A DNA stretch of 64,000 bases from Flaccisagitta enflata. Its lineage: Eukaryota. Of the stretch, positions 1-13,599 are shown piece after piece (the first letter of the stretch is position 1; every line of letters begins with the position of its first letter). The notes below the pieces were generated by a model. That model searched no databases. It worked only from the letters and a program-made list of their open reading frames with translations, and was not told where the DNA came from. The DNA lies in assembly GCA_965153355.1 (NCBI GenBank), contig OZ231126.1, positions 39,556,001 to 39,620,000 of the forward strand, given 5' to 3'. Both the position numbers and the translations under genes were made by a program.

Positions 1-1090
1 GAAAAGTGGTTCTGACCCAGTAAAAGAAGCATACATCTAGTAATTCATTCGTTAAATCATTAATTCATTCACAAATGACATTCATTCATGAAAAACACAT
101 TCATTCATAAAAAGCATTCATTCATAAAAAACGTTCATTCAAAGAGGACGCATCGTTGGCCTACTTGGCCTTGTTTTTTCTCTCCCTACTTTTGAAATCT
201 AAGACCGACGCCACGATTTTCTAGGACCAACAATTTGGAACATCCAAGGACGTCGCACACGTACACGTCCCTTGGACGTCCTTGGTCCTACGTCCAAGTC
301 TGTTGTAGCATGTCGGTGTGAGTGTAACTTCCTGACTCACACGTTTCTGATAATCTACAGGTTCGTCCTTTATGTATTCATTTCTGTCTTTTTTTCGTTG
401 TTATTACCGTTTTCTATCTCCGATTTGATTACTTTTCTTTCATTGTGATCGTTTCTTGTTTTTTTCTTTTTTGTTTCTTTTGTTTGTTTGTTTGTTTTTT
501 TTTTTTGCTTTTTGTTTTTTTTTTTGTTCTTGTTTTTTTTTTCAGTTGGATCTCGCAGTTTCCTGGATTTACAATTTTAGTGAACGAAACTTTCGCGCTT
601 TTGGCCTTTTTCAGGGACTGTTGCTCGGCCTTTCTTGCTCTGCTGGCCTTTCTCTTGGCCTTCGGCCTTCTTAGTCCCTCAGACTCGCGTTTTAGTTCGA
701 GTCTCGAGTCAATCAAGCGTGAAAATTCAACCAACGACTCAGAAACATCTAAAAGACAAAACACTTTTTGGCGGTCAATATATGTGAATTTCCATAGGTA
801 AATCACTCCTCCCTCACGACAACCAGGCCTTAAAGTCTTGATCCTGTAAATACCGTATATCCTCTAATTAGCGCAACCCCTAAAAAAGTTCCACCTCGAT
901 TATGTTTTTTGTACTTTTCAATATATTTGAAATGCAGATGTTTATTGTGTTATAGGGTTAGGGATAAGGTCAGGGATAGTCTTAGGGGTAAGGTTAGGGT
1001 TGGGGTTAGGGCTAGTGTTAGGGGTAGGGGGTGTTTTAGGCTTAATATCTACTTGCCGATTGAAAGTTTGCTCTGGTGGAATTTTCGGGA

Positions 1091-1508
1091 CCCAAGCTAA
1101 CTTATGGCGCAGAAGTGAAAGATTTAACTGCCACTGAAAAAAATCAATTTAGCGTTGCAATCAACAATGCTGTACGTCGTATTTTCGGCTTCCGTTATTG
1201 GCAGAGTATCCGTCAGATTCGTGAATTCTTTCATAACAAATCTATTGACGAAATATTTTCAATGGCGAGAAAACGCTTTTTAAACTCAATAAAGTTTCAT
1301 AGAAATGATACTCTGAGATTTCTGGCAAATCTTCAGCGAGAGACTGAAGAAACTGAGCGTTGTCGAGTTTTATGACTTGTCTCTCTGCCCCCCCCCTCAT
1401 TCCCCCCCCCCCCAATTTTGTAGTAGACTGTAGAGTTGTCTTTGATTGAAGAATGGATTGTCGCATTTTCATGTTGACGAAAATACACACAATAATAATA
1501 ATAATAAT
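1091..1508 (+). mobile_element. 3' end of a non-LTR retrotransposon (L2/CR1-group-like LINE) with (AAT)n tail
   Basis: PKLTYGAEV...INNAVRRIFG resembles the post-RT P.L.YG.E...N...R.I.G region of LINE ORF2. Stop at 1375, short 3' UTR, then (AAT)6. Clade assignment is tentative. Confidence 0.7.
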
Positions 1509-1656
1509 TACCTCATCTACAAAATTACCAATCTTAGCCCAGCATAGGTCATCGGCTACTTGGGGCCGCTGCCCCTCTGCTGCCCCTACTGGTTGCTCTC
1601 AAGGAATAAATGATTTAGCAAATTATACACTGATTGGAAAATGATGTTTAGAATGA

Positions 1657-2225
1657 ATAGTCGCAAAAGCGCTAGATGGTCAGTGGTACCTGTGTCCTGC
1701 CTAAGTAGGTTGTGCTTGATGTTGAAGGGGAAGCAGGGCCGCGGCCCCAAAGGTGTCAATGACCTATGCTTTCACATAATTTTTCCTTCTCCTCCTTCTC
1801 CTCCATCAACCTCCCCTCAAATCCCAGTCTCCAGGCCCAAATCTCAGCCTCGAAGCCCAAATTCTAGTCTCAGAGCCTAAATCCCAGCCTTGAGGCCCAC
1901 ATCCTAGCCTTGAGGCCTAAATCTCAGCCCCGAGGCTGGGATCTGGACCTATTGGCTGGGATTTGGACCTTGATGCTGAGATTTGGGCCTCAAGGGTGGG
2001 ATCTGGGCTTCTAAGCAAGGATTAGGGCATCCAGGCTTATATATGGGCCTCGAGACTGGGATTTGGGCCTTGAGACTAGGATTTGGGCCTCGAGACTGGG
2101 ATTTGGGCCTCAAAACTGGGATTTGAAGGGGGTGGACGGAGATTAAGAAGAATGAGGAGAAGGAAAAATTTCCCCTATGTGCGAAAGCACAGGTCATCGA
2201 CCCCTTCAGGGCCGCTGCCCAAAAA
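1657..2225 (+). mobile_element. Foldback-like interspersed element with opposed arrays of a 20-bp subrepeat
   Basis: Arms GCGGCCCC..GG.GTC.ATGACCT.TGCTTTC.CACATA in inverted orientation enclosing (AGACTGGGATTTGGGCCTCG)n arrays in both orientations; reverse copy at 4720-5297. Confidence 0.8.
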
Positions 2226-2306
2226 TGACATGAAGGAGTAATTAAATTCAAGTGGAAGAGTATCAACAAATAAATAATTGGTATAACGTCAAATGAGAGT
2301 GGGCAA

Positions 2307-2614
2307 TAGGGTGGTCACGAAATAGGGTCAAATTTCAAAAAATGATATACTCTAGTTTTTTGCCTAAATGTACCAAAAAAGACAGGTTTTCCCACAAGTA
2401 GAGGTCTGAATTTGAAGATTAAACCATGGCGGCAAAACTATAGGCTTCCTATGGCAATAAAAAAATCCCCATAGCAACTCTATAGTTTTGCCGACAAGGT
2501 TTCTTGTTTGATTTCACACCCCAGCTTGTGAGAAATCCTTCTTTTATTGGATATTTGTGCAAAGGGCTCAAGTATATCAATATATGAAATTTGACCCAAT
2601 TCCGGACCACCCTA
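2307..2614. mobile_element. hAT-type MITE
   Basis: TIRs TAGGGTGGTC...GGGTCAAATTTCA / TGAAATTTGACCC...GACCACCCTA; perfect 8-bp TSD GTGGGCAA (2299-2306, 2615-2622). Confidence 0.88.
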
Positions 2615-3300
2615 GTGGGCAAGGCCGCAAGGGCCATGATGCTATAATCTCCGGGAATAGATTGGCATGCAGGTATGTAACAAACATTTGAATTTATGCT
2701 TTACAGTGTAAAGTTGTAAAGTTGTAAAGTTGTAACAAACATTTGAATTTATGCTTTACAGTGTAAAGTTTACACCCATTTCTTTGACTAAGAACCTTGT
2801 TTATAACATTGAGGCTCTGATGAGGAAAAAAATGAGAACAATCATAAGGACATTGCAAGACTCAAGACTTAAAGAATATCTGAACCGACTTACCGACCAT
2901 TAACTATGTCAATGAGTAATGAGGGTTTTACCGTTATACTCATTTTTGTCACTTGACTTTCTTCGCAGAAAAAAACATCATTTGTTGCCATTAAGAACAA
3001 TCCCTTCTACTATCTTGTACAAGGAACTGCCGTAATGATTAGTTTCATAAAACTAGAACTGAGACTGTGCAATTGCAATGATTGACTTTATTCTGTACTG
3101 TACACACGTGTATTCTTTATGTAATTTGATTTGTTTGAGATAAACCTCTTGGTTAATGTTTCTTATCTAGTTTTAGTTAGAGATTTGAGTTGGGTTACAC
3201 AGAAAAAGAACATCCCAGTATAAGTTAGTGATCAAAATGAAAAAAGATCCTTAATGATGATTTTCCTCAGACTGACAGTTTGAGCCTCAAATCGATTAGA

Positions 3301-3569
3301 AACAAGGCCGGATACACGGCTACCTTTGTCGCGTGCGGGTGGGCAGGGGCAGTATTTGAGTTACTAAAGCACTTGGGCAAGTGCAGTGAGGCCAAAGACC
3401 GCAAAAACATAAAAAAAGTAAAATGGGGACCGACCGACCGACCGACCGACCGACCGACCGACCGACCGACCGACCGACCGACCAACCGACCGACCGACCG
3501 ACCAACCGACCGACCGACCGACCGACCGACCGACAAAGCGGGGTGTAGTGTCGCGTAGCACGCGACTAA
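3301..3569 (-). mobile_element. DINE-1/HINE-like non-autonomous element with (GGTC)n
   Basis: Terminal palindrome TAGTCGCGTGCTACGCGAC, (GGTC)n tract, 3' CGCACGCGAC...GCCGTGTATCCGGCCTTGTT; T-rich flanks, no TSD. Confidence 0.78.
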
Positions 3570-4452
3570 AAAGAACACTGAGCCTCAGAAACAAAACAAC
3601 ATATAGAAATATAATGAAAAGAAATGAGTGTATGCCTGATCGTTTTTCACGGCTATCATTTATTAAGGATTCGCATGAGTCTGCTTTGGTTTATCTACTT
3701 TATTTCATATCTTATTTTATCATATCCTATGCTATGTGATATGGTTTGAAGCTTATCTCGGCCTAAATTGAGATGAAAAAAACGCATACGTTCAAATCCA
3801 GCCAGATATGGTTGTCATTTTATTTAGGAATTGTGACGGTCACCCTCTCATACCGCTACGTGTCGTACCTTTACTATCGTTTCTACTTGAAATCAAACAA
3901 ATGACTAACCTCAAGACGCACAAAAATATCACTTTATTACAATGACAAAAAAAACTAGACGCGACTTTTTGACTGATGATTGCTTAACAACTAAAAATGT
4001 TAAATCCCATAAATCTATGTTGTTTTCTCTTCTTCCTTTTTCAGAAAAAAAAAAGAAAAAAGAATTTAATCTATGACGGTTTTAAATAACTTCAAAAAAT
4101 CTTTCATCTGAGCTCCTTCCGATCATTCTAGCTTCATAACTTTAGAAGCTATGATGATTTAAAGATAACCACTCAAAAATCTTGAATCTTGCTTCCACCT
4201 TCTTAGAGTTACCAATTGATAATTTGATACAGCTTGTAAACGAAGCAGAATCGTGAATTCTGCTTGGTTTCATCTTGAAGAGATTTAAAAATACTTCATT
4301 TCCCCTTTGAATTTATTCCATTTATTTAGTTTTTTTGCTACGCGATCGCGCGACGCCGGCAGACACTGGCGTTTAAAGGATATCCTCCTAAAAGACTTAG
4401 TGGACTCTTGCTTTCCTTCTTTATCACGCTGTCATATGACATTTGTTCATTT

Positions 4453-4645
4453 TTAGTCGCGTGCACACGACTTTACACCCGCTTTGTCCGTCCTTCCGTC
4501 GGTCTGTCCGTCGCACTTTTACTTTTTTATGAATTTTTTTTCTTAAAGTCATATAAGAGTATACTAAGTCAATCTAAGCCATTCTAAATCTAAGTCAATC
4601 TGTAAGTCTCGCATGCAACATAGTTGTATAGTTGTTTGCCTTGTT
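4453..4645 (+). mobile_element. DINE-1/HINE-like element with short AAGTCA repeats
   Basis: Degenerate version of the termini at 14209-14760. Confidence 0.65.
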
Positions 4646-4719
4646 CTTCTCCATAGTATTTTTCTTCATTCACTGCACAACGTCTTTGAAATAGTATGAT
4701 ATTTTATTTGTTGATTTCC

Positions 4720-5297
4720 TTTTTGGGCAGCGGCCCCAAAGGGGTCGATGACCTATGCTTTCACACATATTGGGGGATTTTCTCCTTCTTCTTCGTCCCC
4801 CCCCCTCAAATCCCAGTCTCGAGGCCCGAATTTTGGTCATGAGGCCCAAAAACCAGTCTTGAGGCCCAAACCAAGCCTCAAGGCCAAAATCCTAGTCTCA
4901 AGGCCCAAATCCTAGCCTGGAGGCCCAGATTTCAGTCTGGAAGCCAAAATCTCAGCTTCAAGGTAAACATCTCAGCCAAGAGGCACAGATCCCAGTCTTG
5001 AGCCCAAATCTCAGCCTCCAGGCTAGGATTTGGGCCTTGAGACTAGGATTTGGGCCTTGAGGCTGGGATTTGGGCCTCAAGACTGGGATTTGGGCCTCAA
5101 GACCAAAATTTGGGCCTCGAGACTGGGATTTGAGGGGGAGGGACGGAGAAGGAGGAGGAGCAGGAGAAAATCCCCCATATGTGTGAAAGCATAGGTCATC
5201 GACTCCTTCGGGGCCGCTGCCCTGCTCCCCTCTTAACCACAACCTACTTAGGCAGGGCACGGGTACCGCTGACCATCTAACGCTTTTGCGACTATTA
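4720..5297 (-). mobile_element. Second copy of the foldback-like family, opposite orientation; further pieces at ~6170-7130, ~19480-19520, ~29550-29800 and ~59325-59365
   Basis: Starts TTTTGGGCAGCGGCCCC, ends ...GACCATCTAACGCTTTTGCGACTATT, the reverse complement of the 1657 terminus. Confidence 0.8.
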
Positions 5298-5829
5298 TCT
5301 TTTACAGAAAAAAAAAACTAACAAATATTACACATTTTTGTTACAATCATCATCATTATGAAATTTATAATTATTACCGCGTTTATTGTCGTAATGTTAT
5401 GGTTATTTCCAAAGTAATCTGTGTCTCACTAACCAATTACCATAGAAATGAGTTCAACATACAGTTTAACTTTAAGACCCTAAATAAACTGTTTTATATG
5501 TTCTCAAAGAATATCAAATTCTAAGCATGGAACCAAAATCTAATGCAATTTTGACGAAAAATGAGGATATAATATTCTTAAGGGCTGCTGTTGCTAAAAA
5601 AGCCCTGTCATCCAAATTGACTTATCACATATTAGCGAGTCATATCATAAATTTCTTTCATTACTCAAGATTTATGAGTGTTGCCATTAAACCATTAGGT
5701 ATACCTTGAGAATGATCATTTAAGATGGGAGTTGATCATTGAGTTAATGATTAACATATAATTTACAGTTTTTCTAGAAGTCACATTTTAGACTTTTACT
5801 GTATATTCCCGAGGCAAATTTTTGCCATG

Positions 5830-6110
5830 GTAACACATTTCATGTATTTCCGTTGGATGTAAACATTCTGAACAGAAAGATGTACAGGAAAGAAAATTAC
5901 TCAAGATCAAAGGCTTTGCGATAATATTCCCATCATCGTATGTTCTGCAGAATATCGCTCATTTGGCCGTTGCAAGTAAAGGGAGCGTATCCATATAGAG
6001 CGATATTCTTACAGAACAGGAAAGTTGAAGCAAATTTGATTTAAAGCAATGTTCCCAACATGTTCAGATCATCATGGTGGTATTTAAGCGGAAATACATG
6101 AAAATGTGAA
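5830..6110. mobile_element. Degenerate palindromic (foldback/MITE) remnant
   Basis: CATTTCATGTATTTCCG versus CGGAAATACATGAAAATG, and inner TGTTCTGCAGAATATCGCTC versus GAGCGATATTCTTACAGAACA. Confidence 0.5.
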
Positions 6111-8597
6111 GTGATAGCGAAGGGCATTTGGGCAGGAGCAGTGAGCTCATAAACGCTCATTAAGTTATAGTTGCAAAAGCGATAGTTGGTCAGCGGTACC
6201 CGATGCCCCTGTGTTAGTGTATGTGGGGATGAGATGGAAAGAGGGGTATCAGCCTTAAAGGGGCCAATGACCTCTGCATTATGCTTAGCCTTTTGAAGAA
6301 TTATTGAGCATTTTAAGGTCTAAAGAGGCTGGGATTTGAAGAATTATTGAGCATTTTATGGTCTAAAGAGGCTGGGATTTGGGTCCCGAGGCCAAGATTG
6401 GCGTCTTGGGGTTGGTATTTGGGCCTTGAAGTGTTTCCTTGAGATCGAGATTTGAGCTTTCAGGCAGGTATTTGGGTCTAAAGGTTGGGATTTGGGCCAT
6501 GAGGCTAAGATATTGGTCTTAAGGCTGGGATTTTTGCCCCAAGCCTGGGATTTGAGTAAAAAAAAAAAATAAGAAAAAGTCATCCAAGGATTGCACATGG
6601 TCAGCGGTACCCGATGCCTTGCTCGGAGTGATCAGCTGAAGAAGTAGAGTGAGAGCAGGGCAGCGGCCCAAAAGGGCTGATGTCCGGTAGGACACAGGGG
6701 TGAATTTCCTTACGTCCTGAGTTGGCATATTTCAGGCCTTTGGAGCAATGTTATTCAATGAGAATTTCATTTTTTGTCTATTTTCCATGTTATCCAATTG
6801 CAATTTTGCATTTCTTTCATTTTTTTGTAATTTTTCATGTTATTCGATAGGAAATATGCATTCTTCAATTTTTTGTAAATTTCCCATGTTATTCAATGGG
6901 GAGTTTGCATTTTGTCATTTTCCCATGTTATTCAATGGCAATTTGAGAATTGAGAAGCTTGGGGGGGACATACGTACGTATGGACAAACGGACGGACGGA
7001 CGTAAGGAAATTCACCCCTGTGTCCTACAGGACATTGGCCCTTTGGGGCCGCTGCCCAAAAAGGAAAAGGAGAAATTTCCCCGTATATGAGGCAAAGGTC
7101 ATCGGCCCCTTTGGGGCCGCTGCTCAAAAAGGGGACGGACCGATGGACCTACCAACCAATGGACCGCGGACCGACGGTCGGAAAGACCACTATTGCAGGG
7201 TTAAGAGTCGCGTAGGGGCACGCTACTAAAAACGCGTATTTTCATACTTTCCAACTTTAGTGTCAAGGATCTAGGACCTACAGAAGGACGGACAGACGAA
7301 CTAAGCCCCGTACAGAATTGCGTGTCCGCTCTTTTCCACTCAACTCTAAAGCCATTTATTTGTTGTAATTAGCACCTCTTGCCTTTTACAAGCAATTAAG
7401 GGCCAAGTGCATTTTCGACATGTTCATCGCATCAGGAATAATTTAAAGTTTGTTTACCATGCCTTGTTAATATTCAGCTCTTTCCAGTACCCACACTACC
7501 AGTCCAATTTGTGTCGGCTCACCTTGCATCTTACCCCCTTCTCTGACCTTGGTAAACCATTATTGGCGCGTGTATTACACCTTGATGGAATTTCGCCCGC
7601 TGTTCATCATCCTTGCCTGACCGCGATTCCGGGTTTTGTAACATAATATGTCTTCGCCAACACTGCTCCATTCTATACCACCCTAAGCAGCATGCAACTC
7701 CTGCTTCACCTTTTGGAACCATTTGTGTATTGCATTTTATCAATCATCGCTGCTACCTGGTCCTTCGGCAACATTTAGGGCCTGAGTGAAGCTAGCTATG
7801 TATATAACCACTCTTGCCTGATCAGAGTGTACAATTTTGGGTGGGTGTATCACATTCTGTTAATTGCCAGCCATGCCTTGCTCTACACAACCATTCACGA
7901 ATTGTATGTATATGGCCTTGATAAACGTCGCTCGAAACGATTTCTTCTAATTAGGTAACTCGTAATAAAAATTGTCTCGATGACCTAAGTTATGTTTATC
8001 TAAATGTATTTATTGCCGGCTTGCTCTCCCCATCCAAAATATGAACTTACTAGACGTACAAGATAAATGAGATGAAAGAATGTGAAACAAAAAAAATTTG
8101 GAAGAACAAGTTTATGCATAAATTAAAAAAGTGCAAATGGGAGAAAGAGAGAAAGAGGCAAAGAGAGTGTGTATTGCATAGATTGGAAAATGGAAATGTA
8201 TTATTTCGCGTGTTTTCTTTTTATTTCACAATGAAATTAAGTATTCCTTTCGTATTTATATATGTATAAACAAATTGTTGTACGCGAAATCTTCGCGACA
8301 ATAAAAAATCGAACGAAAACACAAATGGAAGTAGATCACATTTATAACGCGGAGATACGAGAATTAAGCGCGCAACTTGTAGTTAAAGATGCAAATTGTG
8401 TTTGAAATGCATTTGGATAAGGTAATGGCATGTTGGAGGAAACATGGGGGAAAGAAGTGAGAAGGGAGAGGGGTGGGAAAGAGGAAGGGAAAGTGGGAGG
8501 AGCAGAAAAGAAAAGAAAAAGAAACATGGGCAAATTGTAGGGTAGGTTGGTTAGGGTTGTACTGCAGGACGATGAGGTCCATCCTAATACTGGTCTT

Positions 8598-8677
<80 letters not shown>

Positions 8678-8786
8678 GGGGGAAGGGTAACAAACGGTAA
8701 GGGTGATAGGGCCTGGAATTGGAATTGATGCGGCTTTGCTTTGCCATTGTTTTTGTTTTTGCTTTCAATTTGACAAATTAATCGAA

Positions 8787-10051
8787 TCAAGTTACGACGT
8801 CAGAATGTATTTGTCTTTCAGGCCTTTGATTCGACGTCCATCTTTTTTTCGCCGAAGCGGCGCTTGAGTTTTTTCTTCGCCGATTCAATAGTGTCAAACT
8901 CCTCCTCCTCCTCCTTCCGCTCTTTCTTTGAGTGGCGCCATTATTGTTTCTCCGCGCCACGGACATGGCGTGGAATCGCGCCAAAGATTGTCTAGGAATA
9001 ATGCCGGGGAAAATGTGAACGACGTCTCCTTGATGAAACACGGGATGCCCGTGCATTAACGTCAAGGAGCCCAACGAAGGGTATCGGGATATTGAGGAGG
9101 AAGAGGAGAAGTAGGAGGAGGAAGGGGGTGAGGGAGGTACCGGCTCGTCCGCCGGATAGTCTGGATTACTTCCGGTTACTTCAACGTCACTTAAGTTTTC
9201 TGGCGCGTAAGCGTCCATTTCAGCGCCATCGGGAAATGGCGTGACATTACGAGTGACACGCGCGTGCGCACCGGAAGTAGAATCGGCCGTCGTATCCGGC
9301 GTCGTCGTCGTTGTCGTGAGTTTTTCCATTCCCCAATAGTCTTGATCGGCCCAAACAATTTCCTCGGTCGTCGTTCTCAGTATCGGCGTCGGCGTCGGCT
9401 CAAATTCCCCGGACATTCCTCGAGTGCGTCTTGATGGACGGCCGGAAATGATCGAGGAAGAGGCTCGTCGGGGGTCTCTTCCGGCAACTGCGCCGTAGGG
9501 AATTTCCGGTCTGACGGCGTAATCGATGCGATGCTTCGATGGGAATCTGTGCCGGAAGTGAGGGGACATGTCGGGACCCAAGTGGCCACCACCGCCATCA
9601 CTGCCACCGTCGCGACTACTGCTACCACCACTACCACCGTCACTTTCCCTCAGAGACCGATCCTCGTCTCCGCGGCTATCACTTTCTATAGAAACGTCGT
9701 CGAAGGAAATATTTCTCTCGTTATTACGATCCGTCATTCTGCTGTCTTCTTCTTCTTCTTTTCGTTCTCCCTCGTGAGCAGGAGGAGGAGATGCGGTGGG
9801 AAGCGTAGTGGATGCGATGGGGAGTCGGGGGGATGCGTCAAGTCGGGGACCCGCGTTTTTAACGGAGCTTTTGCTATGATGCGGGGCTGCATTGGCGTCA
9901 TTATTGGAGGAGGCAGAGGAGGAGGAAGAGGAGGAGGAGATTTCATTGTCGTTTTCCAAAGGACTTGGCACGAAAAACATTTCCATGATTCTGGCCAGAA
10001 GGTCGTCTTCTTGTCTATTACCCTGTCCGGGTGCCAGGGCGGTGTTTTTGT
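8787..10051 (-). CDS. CUB/mucin-like gene, terminal coding exon G; - strand only in this window
   Basis: Poly-T + CAG acceptor, phase 1 start (G|AC AAA AAC), 1265 nt to TGA at 8787-8789. Same low-complexity S/T/P/G style as exon E; basic C-terminus (GRRRRRSL...RRRK). Confidence 0.8.
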
Positions 10052-10516
10052 CTGAAAAAAAAAAGGTTTTCACTATATCATCTATTAGAATGAATTTTAC
10101 TTCACCCCAACATACAGTTTTGGTTCTTATGATCTCAGTGAATAGTTTTGTTCACTAGTCAGTCAGTCAGTCAGCCAGTCGCATGTGTGGTTTGTTATCA
10201 CTTCTTCTGACATTACTTATTTTTGTTGTAAATCCACTCGTTTTTTCCCCGCGGAAAACTCACTTTGCATATCTTGAAGCTGCTTCAAAAGTTCTTCCGA
10301 AATTTCTATCGATTCTGAAAGGGAAACAAGGAAAGTAAATTCAATGTCAATTTTATGTTTTGTTTTATTTTATGCAATGTAAATGTAAATCAGTCGTGCA
10401 AGAATGACGCATCAACCATTTTGAATTTCACAGCAAGCCTTTTTTTCGTTTCCACGGTTTTCCCACAGCCTATCCTCACAAAAGACAACCGCCTGCGAAT
10501 GATACAAGGTTGTCAT

Positions 10517-11333
10517 AGGCAATTTCTCCTATAAAGTGGGCTAGCTGAAAAACATGATTTGGCAAGCAAAAAAAACACAGTTTTCTCCCACCAATCATTT
10601 TGTTGATAATAATAGCTGTTCTGACACATCCCCTGGGACCAAGTGTCTAACATACATACTTCATAATCAAGATTTTGATAGATTAGGTGGCCAAAAGTAG
10701 AGCCAAATAAGCCTATTTTCCCTGTCACACTTGTGTCACACTTGTGTCACACTTCATATCTACTATGATAAAGACACCAAGAAATTGTCAAGCCTATCCA
10801 ACTATGAGTCATTTTTGTACCATTACTATCCCTAAAGAAACACCAAAAATTTCATGGGGATCGGTGGTCATTTACTATGGAAAAAGTTTGCTCATAGTTG
10901 ATTTGTCAAATATGAAAAAATATTCAATCTTGATATAGAAATATACTGTACACGAAAAAGCATACTTTTAAGTGTGATGGAAAATTTCTTTTTTTCCCCT
11001 GTTTAATAAAGACATAACCCAGGTTACATGCCAAATTTCAGACCTTCAGGTCTGTTCTAGCCGGAGATATTGATTTTTTATAAAAGTGTCCTATCGAGTT
11101 AACACCTTGTCACACTATGTCACACCGTTTTTCATAAAAAATCATATGATTAAACACAGTTTAAGACTTTAAGTGATTTTTTCAGTGTGACATGAAAAAG
11201 TATCAAATTTTGAGCCTAGAACCCAAATTTCAAGCTGATAGATGAAATTATCATTGAATTATATTATTTTTTTCAATGTTAACTCAATCAGGCACTCAAT
11301 TTTTGCCGGCCCGGTTTATTGGAGAAACTGCCC
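10517..11333. mobile_element. Non-autonomous TIR element, superfamily uncertain
   Basis: Imperfect ~28-bp TIR AGGCAATTTCTCCTATAAAGTGGGC / GCCCGGTTTATTGGAGAAACTGCCC; internal TGTCACAC repeats; TSD unclear. Confidence 0.6.
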
Positions 11334-11402
11334 ATAATGTTTCTTTGCGCCCTTACGTTGTCGTTACTGGCGCTTTTTCTTCATAACCGTTTTTACATTA
11401 AA

Positions 11403-11580
11403 CAGTCAAATCTCGCTCTAACGGACTTCAAGGGACTTATTAATATTATCTGTTACTGGTGGAATTCTGTAAGAGCCAATATAGGAAATTAAAAGAATTA
11501 AATTGTAAGGAATATGAATCTTACTCTATTATAGGTGGAATTCCGTTAGTGGTGGGTCCGTTAGAGCGGGGGTTTAACTG
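11403..11580. mobile_element. pogo/Tigger-like MITE
   Basis: Imperfect TIR CAGTCAAATCTCGCTCTAACGGAC / GTCCGTTAGAGCGGGGGTTTAACTG; TA on the right flank only. Confidence 0.72.
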
Positions 11581-11603
11581 TAATTATTTTCTCGTTATAT
11601 TAC

Positions 11604-11798
11604 CTCCTGAGGCATCGTCGTTTTCGTTGACGCTTCCGCTTCCGACTTCATCGTTGGAATCGGTTTCCGTCCATTTGGTCTGATTGGCCGCGATCAAGTG
11701 GAAGACGACCAATGGGGGATCCCCATCACCAGACGAGGAGGAGGAAGAGGAGGAGTCGCCTCTACCGGAATAAGCGTAGCCTCCTTCCGGCGCAACCG
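11604..11798 (-). CDS. CUB/mucin-like gene, exon F; - strand only in this window
   Basis: TTCTTCCTCGACAG| acceptor, GGAG|GTAATA donor. 195 nt, phase 1 to 1. (T)VAPEGGYAYSGRGDSSSS...NENDDASG fits the phases of exons E and G. Confidence 0.75.
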
Positions 11799-12385
11799 CT
11801 GTCGAGGAAGAATCCAAATCGTACATTGAGAGAGCGGGTATGAAAGCGGGGGTAGGGGGGGGGGGAGAGGTTCAAGACAACAAAGTGATGGAGCACATGA
11901 GAGGAGGAGACATAGGAGCGATTGAGGGGAGAAATAGGTGCCAATATCATTTGATGAGTTCAAGAAAAAGGGAACAAGGTCAAAGTATGTCCAATAGATG
12001 CCTCCTCTTTAGATGATTTAATGATATGAGGAGATAAAGAAATGATGAGAAAACCTATAAAATTGTGTTACGATAATTTCGCGTTACGGATCTTTGGACA
12101 AAAGGACATTCCCTCTTTTAGAGATGCGAGGACGCATCTGAAAGAAAGGAAAGGAGGAAAATTGTGACTGCTGGTGGGGGATGAATCGAGGAATGGGAAG
12201 TTTGACGGAGGGAAAGACGATGATGTACAGGGGAAAATGAGATAATCATAAAAAATCAAAACAAAACAAAAAAAGAAGTGAGAGGAAGTGCGTAAAAGTC
12301 TGCTTCTTTTCTGAGTGACGAGTATCTAAAGAGATAAGAAAAGAAGAAAATCTGCTTTTACAGGGGGCAGCAATATTCTCTCTCT

Positions 12386-12427
<42 letters not shown>

Positions 12428-12634
12428 CTCTGTCTCCCAGCCTCTCTGTCTCTCTTTCTGTTTCTGTCTCTGTCTCTGTCTCTCTCTTGCTCTCTCAGCC
12501 TCGCCCACAGAGGAAAAAACGTTTGGGGGAAAAAGTTAACTCGATTGCCTTATCACTTTTAAAATCAAAGATTTAAATGTTTTCCCACAGAATCCAGATA
12601 CAAAAGTGAGAAAGACTGAATAAGATAAAAGTTA

Positions 12635-12975
12635 AACAGAAAGCAAAAAAGAAAGGAAAGAAAGAAAGAAAGAAGGACAGAAAGAAAGAAAGAAACAAAC
12701 AAACAAACGAACAAACAAACAAACAAACAAACAAACAAACAAACATACAAACAAACAAACAAACAAACAAACAAACAAACAAACAAACAAACAAACAAAC
12801 ATACAAACAAACAAACAATCAAACAAAGATTGAAAGAAAGAAAGAAAGAAAGAAACAAACAAACAAACAAACAAACAAACAAATATACAAACATACAAAC
12901 AAACAAACATACAAACAAACAAACAATCAAACAAAGATTGAAAGAAAGAAAGAAAGAAAGAAACAAAAAAAAAAC
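12635..12975. repeat. (AAAC)n/(AAAG)n compound microsatellite with an internal block duplication
   Basis: CAATCAAACAAAGATTGAAAG occurs twice within the tract. Confidence 0.9.
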
Positions 12976-13599
12976 ACTTGATACAGACAGGCAGAAAGAC
13001 GGGCAGAGACAGATATAAAGAAAGACAAAAGAGCGACTTTGAATGAAAAGTACTAATGTTAAAGTTCAGATAACTTGAGAATTCAAAGTTGACGTAGCCA
13101 CTTTAACTCTGGAGCATCTGCTGACACGCTAAGAAAGCTCAGAAAAGGTTTCGCGAAAGAATTTCAAAAATTGAAAACAAAAACAAGACAGAACAAAAAG
13201 AGATCGGAACCAAACAGACGATGAGGAAAATGAGAACGCGAAATCACCAAAACAAAGACGACAACAGTTTTGGAATGTGAGGTTCATAGGTCAGTTTGTA
13301 ATTAGGTCATAGGGTGCTGGGGGTTTATCGGGGAAAAAAGTCGAAGTCAGTCTTCGACTTTTTGACATGTTTGAGAGAAAAATGGTTTTCATTTTCTTAT
13401 GAAGAAGTTTGGGAACTCATCTGGCTGATTAGGGCGTTCAATGAAATTTATAGAGTAAGTGAATTTGATAATTCTCTTTCATTTGGCGCCAAGCAGTATG
13501 TTTAAGAAAGAATGTTTTTGGAGTTATGATTTTTTAAAGATTTTTTTATGAAAAATTTTAATTGAATTTTCACCGATTTTTTTTTTATTTTGTGTAAAA

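Noticed and set aside
429-806. Basic 125-aa ORF on the - strand
   Set aside because: Much of it is A-rich low complexity; no domain or splice support.
950-1040. Degenerate TTAGGG-like repeats (interstitial telomere?)
   Set aside because: Short, highly degenerate and embedded among transposon fragments; more likely part of a repeat element.
7410-7930. Coding-like stretch, possibly a decayed retroelement on the - strand
   Set aside because: Multiple stops in the frames examined and no motif I can identify with confidence.
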